The notes under the pieces are model-generated. The model had not been told where the DNA came from. It saw nothing but the letters and a program-made list of their open reading frames with translations, and did not search any database. This document shows positions 1 to 8,333 of a stretch of DNA of 64,000 bases, one piece after another; the stretch's first letter is position 1; each line of letters starts with the position of its first letter. Origin of the DNA: an uncultured bacterium. GTDB taxonomy: Bacteria > Patescibacteriota > Patescibacteriia > CAIQCM01. The DNA is taken from positions 259,740 to 323,739 of the forward strand of contig OY970181.1 of assembly GCA_963708045.1 (NCBI GenBank), given 5' to 3'. Position numbers and translations under genes: made by a program.

Positions 1-90
1 AACGAATACCTAATATCTAATCCCTAATACCTAATCCGGGTACACCCCGCAGTTGCGGGGTGATTCAGGATTAGACATTTCCGCTCATCA
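1..90. repeat. Family-A palindromic intergenic repeat (ctaatatctaatacctaat arms around caccccgcagttgcggggtg core), copy truncated by the window edge
   Basis: Same arm and core motifs as the ~100-bp palindromes at 2033-2133 and 56676-56772, in opposite orientation. Confidence 0.6.
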
Positions 91-161
91 CATTCGTGTG
101 AGCGGATCCGCCCAATCCCGCCGAAGCGGGAGATGGGCGGAAGATATTAGGTATTAAACTT

Positions 162-614
162 TTGCATATGCCCATAATCAGCGCCGTCTTCTTGTCGCTC
201 GCCGCTGGTCTTATCACCGCGGTTCCGGGTTTTGTTTCTGAGCTTGGCAAGCGCGCGCCAAAAAATATCCCGCTGCTGGTTGATATAAAAACTTTTTGGG
301 GCGCCAGGCTTACGCGCGGCGAAGTTTTTTGGTTCGGACTTTTTATTCACTTGCTCATCGCTGCCCTTTTTGGCGCTTTTTACGAATATTTGGTGTTGAG
401 CGAGGTTGTTCAACCATATCATCTGGTCAACCTGCTTATTTATGCTTTTTGTTTTTATCTCTTTGTCGGCGGCGTGATTTTCCCTATTGTTGGCCTTGGT
501 CTTTTTGGCCGCAAGGAAGGAAAAACGGTTTGGTACGAACTGCTTATTACCCATCATCTTTTAGGATTTTTTATTTGGCTTGGCGTTATTCTTTTTCCTT
601 ATCTAAAACCATAA
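162..614 (+). CDS. small polytopic membrane protein (hypothetical)
   Basis: 150-aa ORF, strongly hydrophobic with 4-5 predicted TM helices. Its stop overlaps the next start (TAATG). Preferred over the antisense 147..557 ORF. Confidence 0.45.
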   Translation: MHMPIISAVFLSLAAGLITAVPGFVSELGKRAPKNIPLLVDIKTFWGARLTRGEVFWFGLFIHLLIAALFGAFYEYLVLSEVVQPYHLVNLLIYAFCFYLFVGGVIFPIVGLGLFGRKEGKTVWYELLITHHLLGFFIWLGVILFPYLKP

Positions 615-835
615 TGATTGTACGCGTCCACGTTCACGCCCGCGCCAGTAAAAATGAAATTGTTGAAGCGGGTGGCGATCTTCATATTTACGTAACCGCG
701 CCGCCCGTAGAAAACAAAGCCAATCTGGCGGTTCGCGAAATGCTTGCGAAAAAATTTAAAGTTTCAAAATCGCTGGTTGAACTGACGCGCGGCGCCAAAA
801 GTCCGATAAAAGAGTTTATTGTTCTGAATATCTAA
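614..835 (+). CDS. DUF167/YggU-family small protein
   Basis: 73 aa, MIVRVHVHARASKNEIV...LHIYVTAPPVENKAN..L...L, matching the YggU/UPF0235 pattern. Start overlaps the upstream stop. Confidence 0.65.
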   Translation: MIVRVHVHARASKNEIVEAGGDLHIYVTAPPVENKANLAVREMLAKKFKVSKSLVELTRGAKSPIKEFIVLNI

Positions 836-870
836 TACCTAATATCTAATTTCTAATCCGTTGACGTCAT
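826..870. repeat. Family-A repeat fragment (tctaatacctaatatctaatttctaatcc)
   Basis: Shares the ctaatatctaat motif with the other Family-A copies. Sits at a gene end. Confidence 0.5.
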
Positions 871-1065
871 CCCGAGGAGCCGAAGCGACGAGGGATCGCA
901 AAGTCTCAAAGCAGGCTCCGTGTTTCCTCACCCTAGACAAAACAACCTTACGGGTTCGGAATGACGGCGGCTGGTTAGATATTAAAAAATTTTAAAAACA
1001 AAAACCGTGTTCAGCGTTGTGGCCCGAATGGTCACGTTGCTAAACACGGTGTTGTATTTTGCCCC

Positions 1066-1590
1066 CTACTTTCGCGCGCGTCGGCGCATTGTTTTTGCTT
1101 CGGTTTCGGCGTCAGCACATAGACGCGCTCCGGCTTGGCCGATCTTTACGAGTACCTCGCCTTTTGGCATTAGACACTCGCTGGCACTGCAGGCGTCGCT
1201 TGTTTGGTTGACTATGGAAAGACCAAAAATTCTTGCGACCGCGTTGGCGTACTTTCTGGCCTTTCCTCGCGGCAAAGCATTCCAAAAAGAAACCTTCCAT
1301 AAACCCTCGCTCGTGCCGCTTGGGCTTTTGATTTCAATTACCGCGCCGTCACTGCGCCGTCTTTCAAATTCAATCAAAATGACGATGGAATTTTTTGAAG
1401 AATAATTAAGCTCTACACGAAAGCCGTGTCGGTTAATCAAATAATACCAAGCCAGACCGGTGACTGAAATTTCGGCGTAACCTGCCTGCATCATTTCCAC
1501 CTTGGCAATTTTCTTAATCGTCAAAATTGTCGGCCGAGCGGCAAAAACTCGGCCAAGATATTCATCAATGACGTCCTCATGTGTCTTCAT
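1066..1590 (-). CDS. hypothetical protein
   Basis: 174-aa ORF, the longest in this region with coding-like composition. No recognisable motif. Confidence 0.35.
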   Translation of the reverse strand: MKTHEDVIDEYLGRVFAARPTILTIKKIAKVEMMQAGYAEISVTGLAWYYLINRHGFRVELNYSSKNSIVILIEFERRRSDGAVIEIKSPSGTSEGLWKVSFWNALPRGKARKYANAVARIFGLSIVNQTSDACSASECLMPKGEVLVKIGQAGARLCADAETEAKTMRRRARK

Positions 1591-1787
1591 CGTTCCCTCT
1601 TTGCAAATTGTTCTGGTGCATCACGGTTTTTTGTCCCAAAAATTTCCAAATTCGTTCCCCGTTAATAAAACCTTGTTACCGCACTGCAGTAAAATTGTCA
1701 ATGATAAAACAAAGAACCGCGCAAGCGGTTTTGTTCAAGGTTCATGGTTCATTGTCCATGGTGCGTGTTTCATGTTGAATGCTTCGC

Positions 1788-2021
1788 TCACCGTACCGGA
1801 TCATTTCCTCCGCGCGACCAGGGGTGGCAACGAGCAATGCGCCACGCGCCGAGGAGCGAACCCTTCACGATTCCATATTTCATGATCGCGTCAGTGGTGT
1901 ACACACTACAGGTCGGATAAAAACGACAGCCGGCGTGACGAAAAAATAGCCGCCCCCAACCATGGTCAGGAGAAAGGGTGCGCTGATATAGTTTTATTGA
2001 TTTTAAAATTATCTTTTTCAT
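1788..2021 (-). CDS. yidD: membrane protein insertion efficiency factor YidD
   Basis: 77 aa with the CRFYPTCSVY motif diagnostic of YidD. Canonical position downstream of rnpA. Confidence 0.85.
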   Translation of the reverse strand: MKKIILKSIKLYQRTLSPDHGWGRLFFRHAGCRFYPTCSVYTTDAIMKYGIVKGSLLGAWRIARCHPWSRGGNDPVR

Positions 2022-2032
2022 GAATACATCAC

Positions 2033-2133
2033 GAATATCTAATACCTAATATCTAATGTCTAATCCTGAATCACCCCGCAGTCGCGGGGTGTCCCGGATT
2101 AGGTATTAGGGATTAGATATTAGGTATTCAAAT
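2033..2133. repeat. Family-A ~100-bp imperfect palindrome (full copy)
   Basis: Left arm gaatatctaatacctaatatctaatgtctaatcctgaatcaccccgc, right arm gcggggtgtcccggattaggtattagggattagatattaggtattc. Sits between yidD and rnpA. Confidence 0.75.
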
Positions 2134-2466
2134 AACGGATAGTTTCTTCAAACAGTATTCCAGCGCCGCGGAAAGGGTTTTTTGATCGCGACCAACACTT
2201 TCCGGCTCGGCAACGATAACTAAATCAACGACCGTCTTAAAGTCGGGAAAAAACTTTTGTAGGGCAACGCGAAGGCGTCTTTTGATCAAATTTCGCTTGG
2301 TTGAGCGTTTATGTACCTTTAAACCAACGATTACTGCGGCGCGGGGTACAGAAGTGCCTCCAGCCAACGCTCTAACCTTTATTAAATTAGTAAAGACAGC
2401 GCGTCCTTTACGAAGGACGCGCGTCACATCTGTGTCGGTAGTTAAACGATGCTTCCTTGGAAGCAT
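2128..2466 (-). CDS. rnpA: ribonuclease P protein component
   Basis: 112 aa, basic, with the RnpA-like KR-rich core (...RNLIKRRLR...). Lies between rpmH and yidD. Confidence 0.8.
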   Translation of the reverse strand: MLPRKHRLTTDTDVTRVLRKGRAVFTNLIKVRALAGGTSVPRAAVIVGLKVHKRSTKRNLIKRRLRVALQKFFPDFKTVVDLVIVAEPESVGRDQKTLSAALEYCLKKLSVI

Positions 2467-2481
2467 ACTTTTTGGCTTAAT

Positions 2482-2625
2482 TTAGCCAGAAACTGTTAAG
2501 CGACGTCGTCCTTTGACGCGGCGGCGGGAGAGGGTTTTGGTGCCTCCTTTGGAAGACATTCGCTTCATAAACCCGTGTACTTTAGCGTGTTTTCGCTTGT
2601 TTGGCTGATAAGTGCGTTTTGGCAT
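2482..2625 (-). CDS. rpmH: 50S ribosomal protein L34
   Basis: Not in the ORF track (47 aa). Minus-strand translation gives [47 protein letters not shown], a near-consensus L34. Confidence 0.9.
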   Translation of the reverse strand: MPKRTYQPNKRKHAKVHGFMKRMSSKGGTKTLSRRRVKGRRRLTVSG

Positions 2626-2788
2626 AGTTATGTATTATAAACGAATTCCGCAATTTTTGTTAATAATTTATGGGGCGGTATCCACAATCTACACACACAT
2701 TATCAACATATTTCACATTTGAGAAGACTTGATATAACCTGTGGATAACAGTATCATTATTCCTTTACCGCTTATAACCTTTTCAAAT
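2626..2788. promoter_or_regulatory. oriC-like region upstream of dnaA with DnaA boxes
   Basis: gTATCCACA at 2678-2686, TTATCAACA at 2700-2708, perfect TGTGGATAA at 2740-2748. AT-rich and divergent from rpmH. Confidence 0.65.
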
Positions 2789-4147
2789 ATGAATTACCAG
2801 GAAGTTTGGCAGGCCACCCTCGGGGAACTTGAGCTTACCCTTTCAAAGCCCAACTTTACAACATGGTTTAAAGATACGTATTTGTCTTTTTTTGAAGAAA
2901 CCGCGGCTACGATCGCCGTGCCGAACGCTTTTACTAAAACTTGGTTTGAAAAAAAGTATCACCTCGCGATTATCAAAGCCCTTTCGCACGCTTCTTCTAA
3001 TGCCGTTAAGACCATTACTTATATTGTAGACGCTCGTCCATCATCGGCGCAAACAATTAATGAGCGGCCGGTTGAAAATTATTCCAACCAGGAAACAAAA
3101 CCAGCCGAACAGCCAATCACTAATGTTTTTGGCCTTAATCCTAAATATAAATTTTCCAGCTTTATTGTCGGCAAACAAAACGAGATGGCTAACGCCGCCG
3201 CCAAGGCAATTATTGAGCACCCGGGCACAGTTTATAACCCGCTCTTTATTTATGGCGGCGTTGGTTTGGGAAAAACCCACCTACTTCACGCCGTTGCCCA
3301 CGCCCTTATAGAAAAAAATCCGCAAACGCGTGTTCTTTATGTGACTTGTGAGAAATTTACCAATGATTTTATCAACTCCGTTAAAACCGGCGCCACGCGC
3401 GAATTTAAAGATCGCTATCGTAATGTTGATTTGCTTTTAGTGGACGATATTCAATTCATTGCCGGAAAAAAAGAGACACAGGAAGAATTTTTCAATACTT
3501 TTAACCACTTACACCAATTAAATAACCAGATTATTTTGAGTTCCGACCGCCCACCTAAAGCGATTTTAGCCGAGGAGCGTTTGCTTTCGCGCTTGGAGTG
3601 GGGACTAACGACCGACATTGGCTCGCCGGATTTTGAAACCCGCATCGCTATTCTTCAAGAAAAATGTCGCGAAAAGAATTTCTCGCTTTCTTCGGAAATA
3701 ATCAATATTATTGCCAATTCAATCACAACAAACATTCGCGAATTAGAAGGTGCTTTAAATAAATTGATCGCTAATTGCCAATTAAGAAATCTCGCGCCGT
3801 CACCAGAACTAACCCGCCAGCTTATTTCAAATATCTCCGCCTCTGCCGGCAAAAAATCAACAACCCCAAAACAAATTGTTCAAATTGTTGCGGAATATTT
3901 TGATCTTCCTCTTAACGATCTTCTTGGCGCTTCCCGCGAAAAACGTCTAGCTTTTCCGCGACAAATTGCAATGTTTATTCTTCGCGAAGACTTACGTGTT
4001 TCTTATCCCGCGATTGGTGTTGAAATTGGCGGCCGTGATCACACCACTGCGATGCACGCTTACGACAAAATCAACCGCGAAAAAGAAGAAAACAACAAAC
4101 TTAAACAAGATATTGATCAGCTCCGTGCGAAGATCTACAGCATCTAA
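2789..4147 (+). CDS. dnaA: chromosomal replication initiator DnaA
   Basis: Walker A GGVGLGKTHLL, AAA+ sensor motifs and a C-terminal DNA-binding helix (...HTTAM...). The start is probably the ATG at 2789 (MNYQEVWQ...) rather than the GTG at 2741. Confidence 0.95.
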   Translation: MNYQEVWQATLGELELTLSKPNFTTWFKDTYLSFFEETAATIAVPNAFTKTWFEKKYHLAIIKALSHASSNAVKTITYIVDARPSSAQTINERPVENYSNQETKPAEQPITNVFGLNPKYKFSSFIVGKQNEMANAAAKAIIEHPGTVYNPLFIYGGVGLGKTHLLHAVAHALIEKNPQTRVLYVTCEKFTNDFINSVKTGATREFKDRYRNVDLLLVDDIQFIAGKKETQEEFFNTFNHLHQLNNQIILSSDRPPKAILAEERLLSRLEWGLTTDIGSPDFETRIAILQEKCREKNFSLSSEIINIIANSITTNIRELEGALNKLIANCQLRNLAPSPELTRQLISNISASAGKKSTTPKQIVQIVAEYFDLPLNDLLGASREKRLAFPRQIAMFILREDLRVSYPAIGVEIGGRDHTTAMHAYDKINREKEENNKLKQDIDQLRAKIYSI

Positions 4148-4340
4148 CCTTGATAACTTGTTAATAACTACTTGATAACTACGTTCATAAGTTAAAAGCT
4201 ATTAACAGTTTGTATCCACCAAATTTTCCATTTTCTTTCATCCCGCAATTCATCCACACAAAGAACTAACACCCAATCCACCCATATCTAATTTAGTTCT
4301 ACGCTTATACATACTATCCCCACCCTCTACTACAACTACT
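4148..4340. promoter_or_regulatory. dnaA-dnaN intergenic region with DnaA-box-like sites
   Basis: gTATCCACc at 4212-4220, TcATCCACA at 4250-4258, cAATCCACc at 4275-4283, plus AT-rich stretches (ttgataacttgttaataactacttgataact). Confidence 0.55.
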
Positions 4341-5456
4341 ATGAAATTAATATGTACACAGGAGAACTTATCTAGAGGATTATCTATTGTCGGACACCTC
4401 GCTAATAAGTCCGTCACCCTTCCAATCCTTTCCCATATACTTATTAAAGTTGAGAATAAGGTTATTAAGTTTCAAACAACAAATTTAGAATTAGCAATTA
4501 CAGCGCAAATTCGCGGCAAGGTTGAAGTAGATGGAAATTTTACTGTTCCGGCTAAAATTTTTTCTGATTTTGTTTCTTTAATTTCCAGCGCTGACCCGAT
4601 TGAGTGTGAATACGACAATGGCGCCTTAAAAATTTCATCAAAAGGCGTTAAAACACAAATTAGAGGAATCGCCGCTAGTGAGTTTCCATTAATTCCTGAG
4701 TTTACAGGAAATATAAATTATAAAGTCGCGGCTAATATTTTAAACGAAGCACTTTCGGGGGTGGTTTTTGCCGCATCAGCTTCGGAAATACGACCAGAAA
4801 TTTCTGGTGTCTTGTTTTCTTGGAACGGCGCCGGTTCTTTAACTATGGCCGCAACCGACAGTTATCGTCTTTCGGAAAAAACCATTATCGCGCAAGGAGG
4901 AAGCGAAGCAAAGGATATAATTATTCCGGCAAAAACCTGCCAAGAGGTTTTGCGAATTATCAACACGTCTGAAGAAGGGGATAATGTTGAATTTTCAATA
5001 AACGAAAATCAAATTTCGTTCACGATTGGAAATACAACAATAACTTCGCGTGTGATTGAAGGAAAATATCCCGACTATAAACAAATTATCCCCACCGAAA
5101 CAAAAATAAAAATTAAAGTTGAAAAAGGTTTACTAACGCGGGCGGTTCGCGCGGCAGGATTATTTTCTAAAGTCGGGTTAAACGATGTTGAACTCCGTGT
5201 TAATTCAGAAAATAAAAACTTGACCGTTATTGGTCGCGATGCACAAACTGGCGAAGAAACAACCGATGTTTCTTGTGAGGTTGAGGGTGGTAATACGTCG
5301 GTGGTTTTAAATTTTAGATATTTATTAGACGGATTAAACACGATTGGCGGAAATGATATAAATTTAGAAATCATAGACGGTAATTCGCCAGTGCTTATAA
5401 AACCGATTGATAAAAATATTGGCAGTTTGTATATCGTGATGCCGATCAAACAATAA
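4341..5456 (+). CDS. dnaN: DNA polymerase III beta sliding clamp
   Basis: 371 aa with a typical N-terminus MKLICTQENLSRGLSIV...LPILSHILI. Positioned immediately after dnaA. Confidence 0.92.
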   Translation: MKLICTQENLSRGLSIVGHLANKSVTLPILSHILIKVENKVIKFQTTNLELAITAQIRGKVEVDGNFTVPAKIFSDFVSLISSADPIECEYDNGALKISSKGVKTQIRGIAASEFPLIPEFTGNINYKVAANILNEALSGVVFAASASEIRPEISGVLFSWNGAGSLTMAATDSYRLSEKTIIAQGGSEAKDIIIPAKTCQEVLRIINTSEEGDNVEFSINENQISFTIGNTTITSRVIEGKYPDYKQIIPTETKIKIKVEKGLLTRAVRAAGLFSKVGLNDVELRVNSENKNLTVIGRDAQTGEETTDVSCEVEGGNTSVVLNFRYLLDGLNTIGGNDINLEIIDGNSPVLIKPIDKNIGSLYIVMPIKQ

Positions 5457-5466
5457 TTAAGTATTA

Positions 5467-5499
5467 GAAAAGCGGCGATCCTCGGATCGCCGCTTTTGG
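5467..5499. terminator. bidirectional intrinsic terminator
   Basis: aaaagcggcgatcc-tc-ggatcgccgctttt hairpin flanked by A and T runs, between the convergent dnaN and M23 genes. Confidence 0.7.
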
Positions 5500-5519
5500 T
5501 TAGAGAAATTTCAGCTCAG

Positions 5520-6902
5520 TTATGGTTTCTTCCAAAACTTTGCTGTTTTACTGAGAACGTCCGGTGTTGTCGGCCCCTTGTAACGGGGGTTTTGTTGCGG
5601 TGTTCCTGCGACATAGGGCGAGAAGTCAAACCACCTCGCCATTATTGCGAAAGCCATCGTCTTTACGATAATCCTTCCGCCAACCACGGTTCTACTCACG
5701 ACAATGTGAGTTTCCCAGTGATAGTGAGCGCCAGAACTATTAACCCCAGACTTTCCATCACCAGGTGTACCAACTTTTCCAATCACCTGTCCGGCAGTTA
5801 CTTTTTGTCCTGGGGAAACAGTTACTTCTGAAAGGTGACAACCACGAATCATCCCAAGCGATCCCACTTCACCATTGCCCATTGTGTAGGCAACTTGTCC
5901 ACCACAGCGTTTTCCAGCCGGTGTTCCTGTCCACCCAGCAATAACCATCTTGGCGTTAAAGGACGCCTTAACAGGTGTGCCGGGTTGAGCTGCCCAATCT
6001 TGTCCTTGATGAGGTATGTCGGGGTGACTGGCTCTAAAAGCGCCAACCACTGAACTGATGTAGGCAAGACCCGCATCAATTGGTGGAACGCCGACCTGTG
6101 AACTGTTTCCATTACTGGAATCAATTCCCGCCGCCCCCTCAAAAACCGCAATCATTTCGCGAACCGTTTGATTGTAGACTTGAGGATTCTTTCTTGAAAA
6201 ATCTCCACCCGGACCAGATTGGTAGGCCATAAACATCTTTTCTTCGCCTACTGATTTTTCAAGATCGCAGAGGTAATGCACCCCGCATGTTGCCGACTCT
6301 TCCAAGCTCTGCGGGTTGTATGAGGCGTTTCCAAAACGTCTCGCCGTTGAAGGGATACATTGAAAGGGACCTTCTGCTCCAGCCCGTGAAGGAATACACC
6401 TTTCGCCGCGTGTTCCACCAAGACACATTCTTGGTCGTCCTTCTCTAAGCCAAACACCACAAATCGTTGTTGGTTTGATTTTGGTATCTGGTTTGCAAAA
6501 CTGACCAATCAGATTTGCAAAGAGTGGTGAATATTCTGCACACCGTGCCACAATACCCTTCACCTCTTCTGGAAAGATAGACTGTCCGCCAGGGACTTCA
6601 ATTTCATCTCCCTGTGCCTCTGACCCTTCTTCCTCGTCAGTATCACCGCTGTCGTCTTTTGTATCAGACGATGTCGGTGACTCGCCAGCCTTTACGATGG
6701 TGGGCAAGGTTGGTGATGTTGGTTGAGGAGAGGGTGGTGCTTGATTGGTCGGATCCTTAAAAAGTGGCTCGGTCGGCGTTGCTTTGCCAAAGATTGAATC
6801 GTATGTTTCTTTGGCTGGTGGAAACAGATCCTCGGCGCCTGCATTTTTTGAAGTGCAAAGCGCGAGCGCTACCAAACTTACGACGAAAGCAAAATTTTTC
6901 AT
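5520..6902 (-). CDS. secreted M23 (LytM-type) metallopeptidase with Pro/Thr-rich linker
   Basis: C-terminal M23 core (...GSLGMIRGCHLSEV...GQVIGKVGTPGDG...GAHYHWE). Likely start at ATG 6902 (MKNFAFVVSLVALALC signal peptide) with RBS aaaggagaagg. Confidence 0.75.
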   Translation of the reverse strand: MKNFAFVVSLVALALCTSKNAGAEDLFPPAKETYDSIFGKATPTEPLFKDPTNQAPPSPQPTSPTLPTIVKAGESPTSSDTKDDSGDTDEEEGSEAQGDEIEVPGGQSIFPEEVKGIVARCAEYSPLFANLIGQFCKPDTKIKPTTICGVWLREGRPRMCLGGTRGERCIPSRAGAEGPFQCIPSTARRFGNASYNPQSLEESATCGVHYLCDLEKSVGEEKMFMAYQSGPGGDFSRKNPQVYNQTVREMIAVFEGAAGIDSSNGNSSQVGVPPIDAGLAYISSVVGAFRASHPDIPHQGQDWAAQPGTPVKASFNAKMVIAGWTGTPAGKRCGGQVAYTMGNGEVGSLGMIRGCHLSEVTVSPGQKVTAGQVIGKVGTPGDGKSGVNSSGAHYHWETHIVVSRTVVGGRIIVKTMAFAIMARWFDFSPYVAGTPQQNPRYKGPTTPDVLSKTAKFWKKP

Positions 6903-7080
6903 TTGCCTTCTCCTTTCTTGCGCCCGCGGGCGCTTGTTTAGGTTTTCAAGGTTCATTTTTGCTCCGCAAGACGGAGTAGATTCTACGAGATCGCTCTCAT
7001 AGAAACATATATTTATATCACAAAACCGGCTGTTTGTCAATGGTTTTGGCTTAAATACGGGTAAAAACAGGCTTCCTTCT

Positions 7081-7109
7081 TTGTTTTGCGACGCATTTCA
7101 GGGTATAAT
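7081..7109 (+). promoter_or_regulatory. sigma70-like promoter for the recombinase gene (TTGTTT-17-TATAAT); apparently leaderless mRNA
   Basis: -35 at 7081-7086 and -10 at 7104-7109. The ATG at 7116 lies 7 nt after the -10 with no RBS. Confidence 0.5.
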
Positions 7110-7115
7110 CAAAAA

Positions 7116-8042
7116 ATGAAAATCTCCGCCCTAACCACGCAATTTTTAGATTATTTAGAAATTGAAAAAAATCGCTCGCCTCGGACGCGCGAAAATTATG
7201 ATTTTTATTTAAATCGTTTTATAAAATTTGCCGGCGACACCGAACCAAATGGTATAACCGCTGACCGAATACGCGAATACCGTTTATACCTTAATCGTTT
7301 AACCGACGAGCGCGGCGAGGCGCTTAAAAAAAATACGCAAAACTATCACCTCATCGCCCTGCGCGCCTTTTTAAAATATTTAGCCAAGCGCGACATTGAA
7401 GCCCTTTCGCCGGAAAAAGTTGAACTTGGAAAAATGCCCGATCGGCAGGTTGCCTTTTTGGAAGGCGACGATCTGGCGCGTTTGTTAGAGGCACCGTTTA
7501 AATACGCCGATGATCCGGAAACGGCCTTGCGCGACAAAGCGATTTTGGAATTATTATTTTCTACCGGCTTGCGCGTGTCCGAACTCTGCGGCTTAAAAAA
7601 AGAAAACGTAAATTTAAAACGTGATGAATTTACCGTGCGCGGCAAAGGTTCAAAACTTCGTGTCGTTTTTCTTTCGGAAACCGCTCGCGACGCTTTAAAA
7701 AAATATTTAGAAACGCGTGGGGATATTGCACCGTTTATGTTCGTGCGCCACGACCGAGCGATTAAGAAGAATGCTGACCTCGCCGCCCTCACCCCGCGCT
7801 CTGTACAGCGTCTGGTTGACCGCTACTCGCGCGCCGCCGGAATAACGCAGAATATTACCCCCCACACCCTTAGACACTCGTACGCGACCGATCTGCTCAG
7901 AAACGGCGCCGACATTCGCTCGGTGCAAAGCATGCTTGGTCACTCGTCAATTACAACGACGCAAATCTACACTCACGTTACCAACGAACAACTGCATCAA
8001 GTTCATAAAAAATTTCACGACAAAACAAGAAAGGATAATTAG
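7116..8042 (+). CDS. xerC: tyrosine site-specific recombinase XerC/XerD family
   Basis: N-terminal SAM-like core-binding domain. C-terminal catalytic LRHSYATDLLRNGADIRSVQSMLGHSSITTTQIYTHV (R..HxxR...Y). Confidence 0.85.
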   Translation: MKISALTTQFLDYLEIEKNRSPRTRENYDFYLNRFIKFAGDTEPNGITADRIREYRLYLNRLTDERGEALKKNTQNYHLIALRAFLKYLAKRDIEALSPEKVELGKMPDRQVAFLEGDDLARLLEAPFKYADDPETALRDKAILELLFSTGLRVSELCGLKKENVNLKRDEFTVRGKGSKLRVVFLSETARDALKKYLETRGDIAPFMFVRHDRAIKKNADLAALTPRSVQRLVDRYSRAAGITQNITPHTLRHSYATDLLRNGADIRSVQSMLGHSSITTTQIYTHVTNEQLHQVHKKFHDKTRKDN

Positions 8043-8126
8043 AGCCTGGTCGTCACTGACTAATAACAAACGGTTGACCAATTTTTATTTTCGGCGTAGG
8101 TTAAATTGAATTGTCGCGCCTTTTTT

Positions 8127-8198
8127 GCCCCCATAGTTCAACGGATAGAACGACAGCGTTCTAAGCTGATTATGGGGGTTCGATTCCCTCTGGGGGCA
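8127..8198 (+). tRNA. tRNA-Arg (anticodon TCT)
   Basis: 72-nt cloverleaf folded by hand. Acceptor gccccca/tgggggc, anticodon loop gtTCTaa, T-loop ttcgatt. CCA not encoded. Confidence 0.75.
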
Positions 8199-8333
8199 TG
8201 AAAGACACGGCAATTTTTAAATACTACAAAAGCCTTAATTCCTGTTTTTATAAAGCAATAAAGCATGATTGGTTTTGTTTGTAATTCATGATAATATTTA
8301 AGCAAGATTAACTAATATTTTTTTACTATTTTT

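Noticed and set aside
147-557. 136-aa minus-strand ORF overlapping the 162..614 plus-strand ORF
   Set aside because: The plus-strand ORF encodes a coherent multi-TM hydrophobic protein and is translationally coupled (TAATG) to the DUF167 gene. The minus ORF is a highly basic antisense shadow.
296-835. 179-aa plus-strand ORF spanning into the DUF167 gene
   Set aside because: Only its last 73 codons (from ATG 614) resemble a real protein (YggU/DUF167). The upstream part is an out-of-frame overlap of the membrane-protein gene, with Arg/Cys-rich nonsense composition.
2741-2788. GTG start at 2741 for dnaA (as in the ORF track)
   Set aside because: The GTG lies inside a perfect DnaA box. ATG at 2789 gives a typical DnaA N-terminus (MNYQEVWQ...). 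The 16 extra codons are likely untranslated.
7346-7792. 148-aa minus-strand ORF inside xerC (and similar antisense ORFs at 5849-6151, 6248-6508, 10778-11035, 32962-33495, 35747-36112, 40300-40707, 55536-55991, 62089-62625)
   Set aside because: All lie wholly within well-supported genes on the opposite strand and have Arg/Ser/Cys-rich shadow-ORF composition.
8043-8126. TTGACC ... TTAAAT promoter for tRNA-Arg
   Set aside because: Spacer lengths are 21 nt (to TTAAAT) or give a poor -10 (TAGGTT). Too weak to call as a feature.
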